Source: an uncultured SAR86 cluster bacterium
Lineage (GTDB): Bacteria; Pseudomonadota; Gammaproteobacteria; Magnimaribacterales; AG-339-G14
Length of the DNA: 64,000 bases
NCBI GenBank assembly: GCA_902525735.1
Contig: CABZIF010000001.1
Coordinates: 258,813-322,812 of the forward strand
Direction: 5' to 3'
The stretch's first letter is position 1. Every line of letters begins with the position of its first letter. Both the position numbers and the translations under genes were made by a program. Positions 1 through 10,878 of the stretch are shown here, piece by piece. The notes beneath the pieces are model-generated. The model ran no database searches. It worked only from the letters and a program-made list of their open reading frames with translations, and was not told where the DNA came from.

Positions 1-392
1 CCAGCAAGACAAGAGATAATGATTTATTATGCATTGTTGAATCAACTTCAGATTTATTCTCAATCGAAGAAACGAGAGAATTTTCAGGAAAATATTTTGT
101 GTTAAATGGCTTGCTGTCTCCAATTGAAAATATAGGGCCTGATGATTTAAGAATTTCTAAATTAATTGAGATCTGCGAAGAAAGAAATGTAAAGGAAGTT
201 ATAATTGCTTTAAATTCTACATTGGAAGGTGAAGCAACTAGTTATTATTTATTGGATAAATTAGAAAAAACTGATATTAAAATTTCAAAACTCGCTCAAG
301 GAGTCCCCGCAGGAGGAGACTTGAATTATGTCGATAATAACACTCTGAAACAAGCCTTTTCTTGGAGAAGAGAATTAGAAAAAAATAAATAA
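1..392 (+). CDS. recR: Recombination protein RecR, 5'-truncated by window edge
   Basis: Frame 3 is open from the window edge. The track ORF 99..392 covers only the part after an internal GTG. The C-terminal Toprim-like sequence '[21 protein letters not shown]...[14 protein letters not shown]' is typical of RecR. Confidence 0.88.
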   Translation, partial: SKTRDNDLLCIVESTSDLFSIEETREFSGKYFVLNGLLSPIENIGPDDLRISKLIEICEERNVKEVIIALNSTLEGEATSYYLLDKLEKTDIKISKLAQGVPAGGDLNYVDNNTLKQAFSWRRELEKNK

Positions 393-397
393 TTTAT

Positions 398-970
398 ATG
401 GCTATAAAATCAGATAAATGGATAAAAGAAATGTGTAAGGAAAATCAAATGATTTCTCCTTTCGAAGAGTCTCAAATAAAGTTAGACAAAGAAGCAGACA
501 GAAAATTGATATCATTCGGTTTATCCAGTTATGGTTATGATGTTAGATGCTCAAGAAAATTTAAAATTTTTACTAATATCAACTCTGCTACGGTAGATCC
601 AAAAAATTTTGACTCAGATAGTTTTGTTGATTTTGAAGGTGATGAATGTATCATTCCGCCTAACTCTTTTGCACTAGCTAGCACAATAGAATTTTTTAAA
701 ATTCCTAGAAATGTTTTAACTATTTGTCTTGGCAAATCTACATATGCACGGTGTGGAATCATAGTAAATGTTACGCCTCTAGAGCCTGAATGGGAGGGCC
801 ACGTAACTCTGGAGTTTTCTAATACGACTAGCTTGCCTGCAAAAATTTATGCCGAAGAAGGTGTTGCACAAATGTTATTTTTTCAGTCAGATGAAGAATG
901 TGAAGTAAGTTACAAAGATAGAGGTGGAAAATATCAGGGTCAAGAAGGAGTTACTCTTCCAAAAGCTTAG
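398..970 (+). CDS. dcd: dCTP deaminase
   Basis: 190 aa. Motifs 'GYDVRC', '[10 protein letters not shown]' and '[14 protein letters not shown]' fit the dCTP deaminase/dUTPase fold at the expected length. Confidence 0.92.
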   Translation: MAIKSDKWIKEMCKENQMISPFEESQIKLDKEADRKLISFGLSSYGYDVRCSRKFKIFTNINSATVDPKNFDSDSFVDFEGDECIIPPNSFALASTIEFFKIPRNVLTICLGKSTYARCGIIVNVTPLEPEWEGHVTLEFSNTTSLPAKIYAEEGVAQMLFFQSDEECEVSYKDRGGKYQGQEGVTLPKA

Positions 971-1661
971 ATTGAAGATTCCAAGTTAAGTCTTGAGAAC
1001 CAAAATCTTGATAAATCTTATAGGTTGTATAATTTATTAGCGGATCAAACCAAAGAGTAAATCCTTTATCATCATCACGAATTTCACTAAATTTTATTTT
1101 ATTCGCATCTGTACCTTGGTCAGTATCTATGCTGTTTTTTATTTGAAATATTTTTTCTTTGATTTTTCCTTTATCTAAATAATTGAATTTAATATCTAAT
1201 GGCAATTCTTTGTTCGTTAGTGATAATTTAGATTGGATTTGCAGAGTTAGATTATCGAAGAATCTGCAATCAGAATAATTTTCGCAGTTAAAAGGTATCG
1301 TTCCCTTTTCTTTGTTGTATTCATAAGCGATTTCATTTTTATCATAATTAACTATAAAAGATTGTTTTTCTCTTCTAAATCCTCCAAAAGCTCTAGTTTT
1401 TCTAAAAGCATTCAATAGAAAAACTTTATTATCGTCAATTCTAAAGGTAGCTTCCTGTGTAACTTGAAAGATGGAATGTTCTATTTTTGAAGACATCTTC
1501 CATACATTGTTTTCAATATTTTCTAATGATTCTTCAGCAGAATTTTTTCCTGAATTGTAAAAAGTAGAATATTCTTGCAAGTTGAATGCACTTAAATTGT
1601 AAGAAGTAACGAGAAGAAAACTAAAAAATAATTTCTTTACTTTTTTGATCCGACTTTCCAT
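951..1661 (-). CDS. Hypothetical exported protein
   Basis: 236-aa ORF with a signal-like N-terminus '[18 protein letters not shown]'. I recognise no family. It overlaps the dcd 3' end by 20 nt and the purN 3' end by 41 nt. Confidence 0.55.
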   Translation of the reverse strand: MESRIKKVKKLFFSFLLVTSYNLSAFNLQEYSTFYNSGKNSAEESLENIENNVWKMSSKIEHSIFQVTQEATFRIDDNKVFLLNAFRKTRAFGGFRREKQSFIVNYDKNEIAYEYNKEKGTIPFNCENYSDCRFFDNLTLQIQSKLSLTNKELPLDIKFNYLDKGKIKEKIFQIKNSIDTDQGTDANKIKFSEIRDDDKGFTLWFDPLINYTTYKIYQDFGSQDLTWNLQSKLLEE

Positions 1662-2265
1662 TTATTAAAATATTTTCTTTACCTAAGACTATTTTCTTTG
1701 TCGCTATTAGACTACAAATCTGAGGTAAAAGTTTGTGTTCAATTTCATGCGTCTTAGCTAATAATGAATCGTAATTATCATAATCTTCAACCTTAAATTT
1801 TGAAAATCCTATTATTTTGCCAGTATCTAGACCTTCATCCACCATGTGAACGGTCGCTCCATGAAATTTATCTTTATTTTCTAGAACTTTCTCATGTGTA
1901 TTTAATCCTGGGTATTTGGGTAAAAGCGAAGGATGTAAATTAATGATTTTATTTTCATATGTTTTTATAAATTCACTACCCAAAATTCTCATAAAACCGG
2001 CAAGAACGATTAAATCAAAATCTATTTTTTTTAAATTGTTACTCAAAGATGAATCAAATTCCTGCCTGTTTTTAAAGTTTTTGTGATCCAAAGTTAGAGT
2101 AGGAATATTGTTTTGCAAAGCTCTTTTTAAAGCATAGACATTTGGATTATTGGAAAATACTAGCTCTATCTCATATGGACAGTTTAAATTTTTACTTACA
2201 TCTATTAAAGCTTGTAAGTTAGAACCATTTCCCGAAACAAAGACAGCTATCTTAAATTTCTTCAT
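1621..2265 (-). CDS. purN: Phosphoribosylglycinamide formyltransferase
   Basis: 214 aa. Motifs 'FVSGNGSNLQALID', 'LIVLAGFMRIL' and 'NLHPSLLPKYPGLNTH'. It lies directly downstream of purM. Confidence 0.92.
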   Translation of the reverse strand: MKKFKIAVFVSGNGSNLQALIDVSKNLNCPYEIELVFSNNPNVYALKRALQNNIPTLTLDHKNFKNRQEFDSSLSNNLKKIDFDLIVLAGFMRILGSEFIKTYENKIINLHPSLLPKYPGLNTHEKVLENKDKFHGATVHMVDEGLDTGKIIGFSKFKVEDYDNYDSLLAKTHEIEHKLLPQICSLIATKKIVLGKENILINGKSDQKSKEIIF

Positions 2266-2274
2266 TTTTAAAAT

Positions 2275-3318
2275 TCAATTAATATTTACTAAAGAATTTC
2301 CTTTTTTTAAATTAGAGCAAGTTCCAATAATTTTATAACCGATTCTTAATTTAATAAGTATTTTTTTCGTTTTTTCTAATTCATTTTCACTAATTACGAT
2401 GACCATGCCATTACCGCAATTAAATGTATTTAACATTTCCTCATCAGACAAATTAGATGCTTCTTGTATAAGTAAAAACAATTTTTTATTGAAATTAAAT
2501 AATGAATTCTTGAAAAGATTAATTTCAATTCTTTCGGGGATTACTCTTTTCAAATTACCAATAAGTCCTCCACCAGTAATATGAGCTATTGCTTTTAAAT
2601 TTATATTTTTTTGTAATTCAAGAATCTCTTTTACATATATTTTTGTTGGATGAAGTAACATTTCACCTAAATTTTTACTTCCAATTTTTGTTTTTAAATT
2701 TAATTTTTTTCTTTTTATTAATTCCCTTATTAGAGAAAAACCATTCGAATGAAGCCCTGAGGACTTTAGCGAAATTAGTAAATCACCATTTTTTAATTTG
2801 TTTTTTCTCAAAATATTTTTTTTCTCAACAACTCCAACGCTAAATCCAGCAAGATCATATTTTTCTTTAGGGAATGCATTAGGATGCTCAGCAGTTTCTC
2901 CACCTATTAAAGAACAGTTTGCAATTTCACATCCCTTAGCTATGCCTTTGATTATTTCTTTGGCCTTCAATAAATTAATTTTTTCTGTTACTAGATAATC
3001 TAGAAAAAATAGAGGCTCTGCACCACAGGTAATAAGATCGTTTACACACATAGCAACCAAATCTTCACCAATTGTAGAATGATTTTTCATGAGTTCTGCT
3101 ATTTCAATTTTAGTTCCTACTCCATCAGTAGCACTAACAATCAATGGGTCTTTATATCTCTTCGGTATTGAGGTAATTGCTGAAAATCCACCAATACCCT
3201 CCATGATTTCTTGTCTGTTAGTCTTTTTAGCAAAAGGTTTGATTAGATTAATTAAGGCATCACCTTTTTTAATATCAACACCAGAAGTTTTATAAGATAT
3301 TTTATTTTTTTTGGACAA
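2275..3318 (-). CDS. purM: Phosphoribosylformylglycinamidine cyclo-ligase (AIR synthetase)
   Basis: 347 aa. Motifs 'GIGGFSA', 'VSATDGVGTK', 'GGETAEHP' and 'AHITGGGL'. Confidence 0.95.
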   Translation of the reverse strand: MSKKNKISYKTSGVDIKKGDALINLIKPFAKKTNRQEIMEGIGGFSAITSIPKRYKDPLIVSATDGVGTKIEIAELMKNHSTIGEDLVAMCVNDLITCGAEPLFFLDYLVTEKINLLKAKEIIKGIAKGCEIANCSLIGGETAEHPNAFPKEKYDLAGFSVGVVEKKNILRKNKLKNGDLLISLKSSGLHSNGFSLIRELIKRKKLNLKTKIGSKNLGEMLLHPTKIYVKEILELQKNINLKAIAHITGGGLIGNLKRVIPERIEINLFKNSLFNFNKKLFLLIQEASNLSDEEMLNTFNCGNGMVIVISENELEKTKKILIKLRIGYKIIGTCSNLKKGNSLVNIN

Positions 3319-3380
3319 GATAAACCTATTGACGGAATTTAAAGAAAATTATCTGAATAATATTATAATTCAATATCAGT

Positions 3381-4376
3381 ATGAAACCGTTAATAAAAAA
3401 TCTTTATCTATTTATTTTTCTGAGTCTTTTTTCAACTTATATTTTAAGTTCTTTTCCAAATGAACATGTAATTATTCTGGATGATGAAAAATCAAATACA
3501 AATAATTCTCTTAGAAAGGCTATAGATATATCTTCCATCAGAATTTTAGGGAGTAAAAGCGAATTCGACCAGCAAAGAAATTTAATAAGAAATTTACTTC
3601 CTCAAACTTATGTAAAGTCTTATGAATTTGTCAATCCAAATAAGATAAAAATCATAGTAAATGCAAAACTTTTAAGAAAAAAGTTTTTAGACAGTAATCT
3701 TTCAATTTCTCTTGAAGAAAGATCTTCTATAGCTGCTTGGATTTTATGCAAAACAGACCTAAATTCTAAAAATGAATATGATTTGTTAAATAATAAATGC
3801 AAAGAATTTAAAAAGGAATTATTAAAATTTTCAAACGAACGAGATACAAAATTAATATTTCCAATCTTAGATTCAAATGACCTTAACTTTTTAAGTTTAG
3901 AACAAAAAGAAGAAAGGGCGAATAGCTCTTATATTAATAATAGATATTTAAGCGATGAATCTTTCTATTGTGAAATAACTTTAAAAGAAGAAAATTGCTA
4001 TAAGACATATTCTTCAAAAAGCAAAAAAATAGACTTCTCAAAGAAGTACACATCAAAAAGTATCTATGATCTAACTGCAGATTTTCTCCAGAAAAAGAAA
4101 AAAGTCTATCTCAACAAAAAAACTTTTAAACCCGTTTTTATTCGTATTTCAAATATAAAATCAATTGAAGAATACGATATAGTTTCCCAAGAGTTAGAAA
4201 ATATAATTTTTTTTGATGATCTTTCTCTTAATAAGCTTAATAACAATGATGTTATCTTTTCTTCTAATCTTTTAGGGAAGATAAGTGATATTGAAAAACT
4301 TTTTAAAAATAATTCATCGTTCAATATCAATTCTATTAACTATGAAGAGATTTTTTTAGAGTTTAATCCAATATAA
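3381..4376 (+). CDS. Hypothetical exported protein (possibly DUF2066-like, by position next to purM)
   Basis: 331-aa ORF with an N-terminal hydrophobic signal. It is divergent from purM, where pseudomonads carry a DUF2066 protein (remembered synteny only; no motif support). Confidence 0.5.
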   Translation: MKPLIKNLYLFIFLSLFSTYILSSFPNEHVIILDDEKSNTNNSLRKAIDISSIRILGSKSEFDQQRNLIRNLLPQTYVKSYEFVNPNKIKIIVNAKLLRKKFLDSNLSISLEERSSIAAWILCKTDLNSKNEYDLLNNKCKEFKKELLKFSNERDTKLIFPILDSNDLNFLSLEQKEERANSSYINNRYLSDESFYCEITLKEENCYKTYSSKSKKIDFSKKYTSKSIYDLTADFLQKKKKVYLNKKTFKPVFIRISNIKSIEEYDIVSQELENIIFFDDLSLNKLNNNDVIFSSNLLGKISDIEKLFKNNSSFNINSINYEEIFLEFNPI

Positions 4377-4377
4377 A

Positions 4378-4923
4378 ATGTTAAGAGTATTACCTAATTT
4401 ACTTACAATTTTCAGATTTTTCTTGGTTTATCCAATTGTCTTATTTATTCTTGATAATAATTTCTTGTGGGCGATTCTTTTATATATCTTGGCTGCAATT
4501 ACAGATTTTTTTGATGGATCAATAGCTAGGAAATATGATCTTGTAAGCGAATTTGGCAAAATCGCTGACCCAATTTCAGATAAAACATTGATATTAGGAG
4601 CCTTAATATCCTTATCTTTAATTGGAGAGATAGATTCAATCATGGCCTTTATAATTCTAGGAAGAGATGTTTTTGTTATTGTTGGTTTTATTTTAGCTTC
4701 TCTTTTAGTTAAAGATTATGAAGTTAGACCTCATTTTTCAGGAAAACTAAATGCACTATTTTTAATGGTCTACTTAGGGTTAATAATTATTAATGCCTCA
4801 GGATATTTTATATTGAAAGAAATAATTACTTTTCTAGAAATTCTTTTAATATTTACCATTATTTTAAGTATTTATAATTATCTAAAATATCCTGGAAGAG
4901 CAGTTTTTAAGCAAATTTTTTAA
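4378..4923 (+). CDS. pgsA: CDP-diacylglycerol--glycerol-3-phosphate 3-phosphatidyltransferase (CDP-alcohol phosphatidyltransferase family)
   Basis: 181 aa and multi-TM. It carries the CDP-alcohol transferase motif 'DFFDGSIARKYDLVSEFGKIADPISDK'. Confidence 0.8.
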   Translation: MLRVLPNLLTIFRFFLVYPIVLFILDNNFLWAILLYILAAITDFFDGSIARKYDLVSEFGKIADPISDKTLILGALISLSLIGEIDSIMAFIILGRDVFVIVGFILASLLVKDYEVRPHFSGKLNALFLMVYLGLIIINASGYFILKEIITFLEILLIFTIILSIYNYLKYPGRAVFKQIF

Positions 4924-4927
4924 ACTT

Positions 4928-5593
4928 ATGATTCAAACAACTCTTAATTTAAGTCTTAACTATAAAATTCATTTCGATGATATTAAAAGTTTGAGTTTTT
5001 GCGAAGAAGTAAGAAATAAATCGAATGACTTTTTATCATCTGATAATCATTGTTTAATTTTTAAGGGAGATGAGCTTATAAATTCCTATATTTTTCAGGC
5101 TTTATACAATAATTTAGAAAAAAATTATAAATGCATATTTATTTCTATGAGAGATAATAAAAGTAGAGTCTTAAAAGATTTAGATAGTTTTAGTCATATT
5201 TTCATTGATTCATTTAATGAATGTTTTGAAAATAAAATTTCTGAAATTGATTTGTTCAATCTCTACAATTCATCAAAAATTAATAATTCTAGATTAATAC
5301 TGAGAGAAAATTCATTAATTCAGAAAAATATTCTTTTACCTGATTTAAAATCTAGAATAAATTCAAATATAGAGCTAGTGATACCTAGATTAACTGATAA
5401 AGATAAGAAACATATAATAGAAATTGAATTAATAAAAAGAGGATTATCTATTAAAGAAAAAAACTTAGATTTTATTATGAATCATAGTTCAAGAAATCTA
5501 GAAACATTACAAATACTAGTAAACAAACTCGACAAACTTACTATGGAAAGAAAACAAAACATTTCTATTCCTCTTATAAAAGAGCTTATTTAA
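4928..5593 (+). CDS. hda: DnaA-regulatory-inactivator (Hda)-like protein
   Basis: 221 aa. Size and position (near purMN and pgsA) match gammaproteobacterial hda. The C-terminal 'HIIEIELIKRGLSIKEKNLDFIMNHSSRNLETL' resembles the DnaA/Hda AAA+ lid. The Walker A is degenerate, so the call is tentative. Confidence 0.5.
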   Translation: MIQTTLNLSLNYKIHFDDIKSLSFCEEVRNKSNDFLSSDNHCLIFKGDELINSYIFQALYNNLEKNYKCIFISMRDNKSRVLKDLDSFSHIFIDSFNECFENKISEIDLFNLYNSSKINNSRLILRENSLIQKNILLPDLKSRINSNIELVIPRLTDKDKKHIIEIELIKRGLSIKEKNLDFIMNHSSRNLETLQILVNKLDKLTMERKQNISIPLIKELI

Positions 5594-7352
5594 TTGAACA
5601 ACTTATGCAGTCTAATCTTAAATCTATTATATTTTTTTCCAAAAAATAGAATTCTTCAAATAAAAAATCTTTCAAACTTAATTCCTTAGAAAAAAGGTTT
5701 AAGATGGATTTAAAATTAAAAATATTACTTCTTACAAAATCTAAAAAAGTTTGTTCAAAATTTAAATATTCAACTTCAATTTCTTCATTTCCGATTATTT
5801 CTTTTAATCGATTTAATGCTTCTGATTGAGTTCCTAATTTGTCAACAAGCCCATTGTTTAATGCTTGTGTTCCAGTCCATATTTTCCCATTTGAAATTTC
5901 TTTAACTGATTCTGTATCAATTTTCCTGCCGTCAGAAACAAGTTCAATAAAATCTAGATAAGCTCTATCTACATAATTTTGAATATAATTCTTTAAATTT
6001 GAATCTGGATTTGAAATAAGAGAAGGATTAAATTTTGTTGTGCTTATTCCGTCGTATTCAATACCATAACTTGACAAAGCATCTTCGATTGAAGGTAGTA
6101 AAGCGAAAACACCTATTGAACCTGTCACAGACAGAGGGGTAGCCCAAATCTCATTAGCATTTGCAGATATCCAATAACCTCCAGAGGCAGCTACATCTGA
6201 AATTGACACAATAAAAGGTATTTCCAGTTTTTTTAAATTAAGAAGTTCTTGCCTGATGACTTCAGAGGCAAAGCCACTACCACCGGGAGAATTCACTCTC
6301 AAAAGTAAACCTTTTATTTCAGGATCATTAGAAATTTCTCTAATTTTTCTTGCAAAGAATTCACTAGCAATTTGATTTTCTTGGAAAGAACCATCTATTA
6401 TTTCTCCATATGCATTGAGTATTACAATTTTCTCGCTTATTGATTCAGAAGATTTTTTTGACTGATAGTAGGACTCAAGGCTTAGAATTTTTGGATTGGC
6501 GTTTTCATTGTTTTGATCGAGATTGTTCAAATCTGAAAAATAATTGCGCAGTTCAACTCTATTTAATATTTTATCAACCAGTCCATACTTTTTTGCTTTT
6601 TCAGCAGCAGTTAAATTTATATCTAAGTTATTAAAATTATTTATAAAATAATTAATTTCGATATTTAGATTTTTTCTATTTTTATTTATCTCCAAAAGCC
6701 AGTTATTCCAAAGATCGGTTAAAAAAACTTTTGACTGTTTTTTGTCTTCGATTGACATTTCAGAGTTAGTAAAAATTTCAGTAGCTGATTTGTAGTCTCC
6801 AGCAACAAAAGTATTCACATTTATTTTGTTATTAATTAAAAATTCCTTTAAATAGATTTGATACTTCTTAAATCCTTCCAAATAAACCACACCAAAAGGA
6901 TTCAGTATTATTTCGTTAGCATATGAGGCTAACAAATATTGCGATTGTGTTAAAAAATCTCCATAAGCAATGACTTTTTTTCCTTTTTCTTTAAGGAGAT
7001 TTATTGATTTACCAACTTCATAAGCCGAAACAGAAGAAATGTTAAGATAAGAAAGATCAATGAAAATAATTTCAACATCACTGTCTTCAGATGCAATTTC
7101 AAAAGCCTTAACAACTTCATATATCGTTAAGTTACTTTGAGGATTTAAATATGAGGAGTTTTTATCTGATATATCGCTAGTTTTAAGACTTAATATATGA
7201 CCTTTAACATCTACACTATCATCTGTAAGAAAAGGAAATATAAATAGACCTATGAGAAAGATTGTTAAAAAAATAACAAAAAAGAAATTTATAATTATTC
7301 TTCTTATGAAATCTAATCTGTCTAAAATTTTAGTGAACATTAAACGGATCAT
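5586..7352 (-). CDS. sppA: Signal peptide peptidase SppA (protease IV, two S49 domains)
   Basis: 588 aa with an N-terminal TM. S49 motifs 'NSPGGSGFASE' and 'DVAASGGYWIS', plus a second degenerate S49 repeat. Confidence 0.88.
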   Translation of the reverse strand: MIRLMFTKILDRLDFIRRIIINFFFVIFLTIFLIGLFIFPFLTDDSVDVKGHILSLKTSDISDKNSSYLNPQSNLTIYEVVKAFEIASEDSDVEIIFIDLSYLNISSVSAYEVGKSINLLKEKGKKVIAYGDFLTQSQYLLASYANEIILNPFGVVYLEGFKKYQIYLKEFLINNKINVNTFVAGDYKSATEIFTNSEMSIEDKKQSKVFLTDLWNNWLLEINKNRKNLNIEINYFINNFNNLDINLTAAEKAKKYGLVDKILNRVELRNYFSDLNNLDQNNENANPKILSLESYYQSKKSSESISEKIVILNAYGEIIDGSFQENQIASEFFARKIREISNDPEIKGLLLRVNSPGGSGFASEVIRQELLNLKKLEIPFIVSISDVAASGGYWISANANEIWATPLSVTGSIGVFALLPSIEDALSSYGIEYDGISTTKFNPSLISNPDSNLKNYIQNYVDRAYLDFIELVSDGRKIDTESVKEISNGKIWTGTQALNNGLVDKLGTQSEALNRLKEIIGNEEIEVEYLNFEQTFLDFVRSNIFNFKSILNLFSKELSLKDFLFEEFYFLEKNIIDLRLDCISCSIK

Positions 7353-7378
7353 ATCTGAAGTTAATAAAGTTTGAAATT

Positions 7379-7822
7379 ATGAAATTAAAAAAAATATCAG
7401 TTTATGCATTTATTTTCTTATTAGTTGGTTGCGCTAAACCTGATTTAATCACGAGCGATGATAAAAAAATTTTTTTAGATGATTTAAAAGGAAAATGGGT
7501 AGTCATCAATTATTGGGCAGATTGGTGCCCACCTTGTATAAAAGAAATTCCAGAATTGAATAAACTAAATGCTAAATATAGTAATGAATTAAATGTTTTC
7601 TTATTTAATTTTGATAGATTAGAGGGAGAGGAATTAGAAACTCAATTAAAAAAGATTAATGCTGAAGTTCCTTCACTAATAACCGATCCTCAAAATATTT
7701 ATAGCTACACGATTCCAGAATCTTTACCTGTTACTTTTGTTATTAATAAAAAAGGTGAATTAAGCAATATTCTTCAAGGCCCACAAACTCTTGAAGAAAT
7801 GGAAAAGGTCCTTAATCTTTAG
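7379..7822 (+). CDS. TlpA/thioredoxin-family thiol:disulfide oxidoreductase lipoprotein
   Basis: 147 aa. Lipobox 'LLVGC' and redox motif 'WADWCPPCIKEIPEL'. Confidence 0.8.
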   Translation: MKLKKISVYAFIFLLVGCAKPDLITSDDKKIFLDDLKGKWVVINYWADWCPPCIKEIPELNKLNAKYSNELNVFLFNFDRLEGEELETQLKKINAEVPSLITDPQNIYSYTIPESLPVTFVINKKGELSNILQGPQTLEEMEKVLNL

Positions 7823-8606
7823 TTAGAAAAAATTCTGGATTTAACTTTTCTCCTATGAAGATTACTTCAAAATGCAAATGTGGACCTGTTACTCTTCCAG
7901 TTGCGCCCATAAATCCAATTAATTCTCCTCTTTTAACCAGATCACCCTCATCGACAAGAATCTCTGCAAGATGTGAATAAGAAGTTTTAAAATCAAAACC
8001 ATGATCAATTAAAATATTTTTTCCTCTGTAAAAGAAATCTCTAGCTAAAATGATTAATCCTGATTCAGCAGCATAAATTGGAGTTCCATTTGAGGCTGCT
8101 ATATCTAATCCTAAGTGTGGATTTCTAGGAATATTATTTATAACGCGTTTTACTCCATATTCGCTTGAAATTATTCCAGAAGCAGGAGTGTGAAGAGGAA
8201 AATCTATATTTTCGGAATAAAATTTAGATAGAATCTTTTTCTTTAAAATTTTGGATTCAATTTTTATTCTTTTTAAATCTTCATTAGAAATATTATTAAA
8301 TTTCCTTTCTTTAATAACAATTTTTGATTCTCTAAACATCCTATTATTAAGTATGACTCCATCATTGATATAAATCGAACTGTCAGAAAAAAAAGAAATA
8401 GGTGAAATTATTTTTTTTACGGTTCCTTCGTAGCAAGAGATATTTTTTTTAAAAATATTCCTTTCTTTCTGAATAGAATTAAAAGTACTTTTAATTAATC
8501 CTCCTTTTTCCATAACAGAGGCAGGAAAATTACACTGAGGAGAATATGAAATCTTATTAGCGCAGCTAAGTAGACTGAGAAATAATATAAGTAAAACCTT
8601 AATCAA
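7812..8606 (-). CDS. M23 family metallopeptidase
   Basis: 264 aa with a signal peptide. Motifs 'HLGLDIAA' and 'GRVTGPHLHFEV'. Confidence 0.85.
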   Translation of the reverse strand: MIKVLLILFLSLLSCANKISYSPQCNFPASVMEKGGLIKSTFNSIQKERNIFKKNISCYEGTVKKIISPISFFSDSSIYINDGVILNNRMFRESKIVIKERKFNNISNEDLKRIKIESKILKKKILSKFYSENIDFPLHTPASGIISSEYGVKRVINNIPRNPHLGLDIAASNGTPIYAAESGLIILARDFFYRGKNILIDHGFDFKTSYSHLAEILVDEGDLVKRGELIGFMGATGRVTGPHLHFEVIFIGEKLNPEFFLTKD

Positions 8607-9954
8607 TTTTAGTGATCTTCGACTCTATTTCTGAATCGGCAACTACTGAAGAAATTATGTCTCCAATTTTTAAATTTTTTGAATCTCTGATTATTCTCTG
8701 TGATGATTTGATTTTAGTAATTGAATATCCTCGAGCTAATATTTCTAATGGACTGAGAGCTTCAAGCTCCTTAACTATTCCCTTAAAAGTCTCCTTTTTA
8801 ATATTCACCATATTTTTTGAGAGAACTTTTAAACTTTTTTCTAGCGTAGAAATTTGATTATTTCCAGTATTAATATAATTCTTAGGATTTAGTTTTTTAA
8901 TGGTTAGAACATTCCGTTCAATAAGATATTTTTTTTCAGTAACAAATGAGTTTAATAAATATTTTAGTTTATTACTTAATTCGTCAGTTCTTAAAGAATC
9001 TTCTTTTAATTTTGTTTGCGGATTGATTAAACTTTTTGAAGTCATTTCTAAAGAGTTGCCCAATATTAAAAGTTTAGAATTAAGCTCTTTTTTTAATTGG
9101 CTTTTATAAAAAGTAATTGAATCTATTATGTTCACAAAGAACTCACTTAAGATTTCTGCTGCCGACGAAGGAGTGGGCGCTCTCAAATCACTGACAAAAT
9201 CACAAATTGTAAAATCTGTTTCATGACCAATAGCACTAACCACAGGAATTTCGAATTCATGAATTTTCCTCGCAAGTTTTTCGGAATTGAAACTCCATAA
9301 GTCTTCTAAAGAACCTCCACCTCTTGCAATTACAACCACATCTATTTTTTCTGTTTTATGTAATTTAAGAATTTTTTCAAATGAATCAATGAGGTTAGTT
9401 TCTGATCCTTCGCCTTGGACTAGACTTGGTATTAAGTAAACTTTCATTAGGGGAGCTCTTCTTGAAAGTACATTTTTGATATCCTGAATAACAGCTCCAT
9501 TTGGAGAAGTTATAACAGCGATATTTTTAATTAATTTTGGAATTATTTTTTTGTGCTCTGCATCAAAAATACCTTCTTCTGTTAATCTTTTTTTTAAATC
9601 TTCAAAGTTCTTAAGCAAAACTCCTTCACCTGCATATTCAATTTGATCTACTTGAAATTGGTAAGATCCTCTAGCAACGTACATGGATACGTTTCCTTTA
9701 AGAATTAAGTTGTCACCATCTAAAGGCTTTTTATTTATTGAGCTATTTCTAAATTTAAACATTACGCATTGAATTTCAGAGTTTTTATCTTTAATTTTGA
9801 AATACCAATGGCCAGAATCATATGATCTGAAATTTGATACTTCTCCTGTTACCCAAACAGAAGAGAAATCATTTTCTAATAGTTTTTTTGCTGAGGTATT
9901 GAGTTCAGTAACAGAGATAATATTTGTATTTTTCTTTTGAACAAACTCTGACAT
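8599..9954 (-). CDS. xseA: Exodeoxyribonuclease VII large subunit
   Basis: 451 aa. OB-fold N-terminus 'VTGEVSNFRSYDSGHWYFKIKD', then 'IARGGGSLEDLWSFN'. Confidence 0.92.
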   Translation of the reverse strand: MSEFVQKKNTNIISVTELNTSAKKLLENDFSSVWVTGEVSNFRSYDSGHWYFKIKDKNSEIQCVMFKFRNSSINKKPLDGDNLILKGNVSMYVARGSYQFQVDQIEYAGEGVLLKNFEDLKKRLTEEGIFDAEHKKIIPKLIKNIAVITSPNGAVIQDIKNVLSRRAPLMKVYLIPSLVQGEGSETNLIDSFEKILKLHKTEKIDVVVIARGGGSLEDLWSFNSEKLARKIHEFEIPVVSAIGHETDFTICDFVSDLRAPTPSSAAEILSEFFVNIIDSITFYKSQLKKELNSKLLILGNSLEMTSKSLINPQTKLKEDSLRTDELSNKLKYLLNSFVTEKKYLIERNVLTIKKLNPKNYINTGNNQISTLEKSLKVLSKNMVNIKKETFKGIVKELEALSPLEILARGYSITKIKSSQRIIRDSKNLKIGDIISSVVADSEIESKITKID

Positions 9955-9984
9955 TAATGCAGTATAGCGAATCTATTTAAAAAT

Positions 9985-10878
9985 ATGACTACCAGAAAGT
10001 TAAATATTATTCCTATTACCTTAACCTGTATTGGAGGCTGTTTAATTGGCTTAGCTCCAATTTTTGTAAGGTTTAGTGAAATAGGACCTTCATTCACAGG
10101 TTTTTATAGGTTTTTATTTGCAACAATTTTAATTTTTTTCTATGGAATTTTTACAAATAAAATTAAAGTTTTAACCTTAAAAGAGTTATTAGTCATAAGT
10201 ATTCCAGGATTATGCTTTGGCACAGATATTGCTTTGTGGCACTCATCTATAGTTTTTACTTCAATTGCTCATGCAACATTATTTGTTAATACGGCTCCTC
10301 TTTATGTTTGCATACTTGGGTTTTTAATATTTAAGGATAAATTAAACAACCTTTTTTTAATTTCCTTATTAATTAGTTTGATGGGTGTTTATGTTTTAGT
10401 AAGTAACAACCCTAGTTTCAGTGGATTATATTTTTCTTTTGGTGATTTGTTAGCTTTATTAGCTGCATTTTTTTATGCAGGTTATTTATTATCTGTAAAT
10501 AAGCTTTCAAACAGATTCAACACATTTAATTTAATATTTTATTCTTCACTTTTTGCGTGCATTCCTTTCGGAATAGCATCACTTTATGAGCTGGATAATC
10601 CAATTCCTTATTCAGTATTTGGTTGGTTTAATTTCTTAGGCCAAGCCATTTTTGTTCAGATTTTAGGACAAGGATTAGTGATCTATGGTTTATCAAAAAT
10701 TAGACCGCAACTTTCATCATTATTACTATTGTTTCAACCTATTACAGCAACTATTCTGGGAGCTTATTTTTTTTCAGAGATATTATTATTTGGACAACTC
10801 ATAGGTGTTATTATTCTGTTAATTGGTATTTACTTTGCCGGTTTGAGTGAGAGATTGAGAGAGATTAATGAAAAGTGA
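9985..10878 (+). CDS. EamA/DMT-family transporter
   Basis: 297 aa with about 10 hydrophobic helices in two repeated halves, typical of EamA. Confidence 0.78.
   Translation: MTTRKLNIIPITLTCIGGCLIGLAPIFVRFSEIGPSFTGFYRFLFATILIFFYGIFTNKIKVLTLKELLVISIPGLCFGTDIALWHSSIVFTSIAHATLFVNTAPLYVCILGFLIFKDKLNNLFLISLLISLMGVYVLVSNNPSFSGLYFSFGDLLALLAAFFYAGYLLSVNKLSNRFNTFNLIFYSSLFACIPFGIASLYELDNPIPYSVFGWFNFLGQAIFVQILGQGLVIYGLSKIRPQLSSLLLLFQPITATILGAYFFSEILLFGQLIGVIILLIGIYFAGLSERLREINEK

Noticed and set aside
535-762. This is one of many 60-120-aa antisense or out-of-frame ORFs in the track, e.g. 535..762(-), 2150..3295(+) inside purN/purM, 12675..13379(-), 13468..14055(-), 16339..17091(+), 27625..28443(+), 36553..36816(-), 45918..46157(-) and 63160..63354(-).
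   Set aside because: All lie wholly inside well-supported genes on the opposite strand or in another frame. They have low-complexity or biased translations and no start context. They are shadow ORFs.
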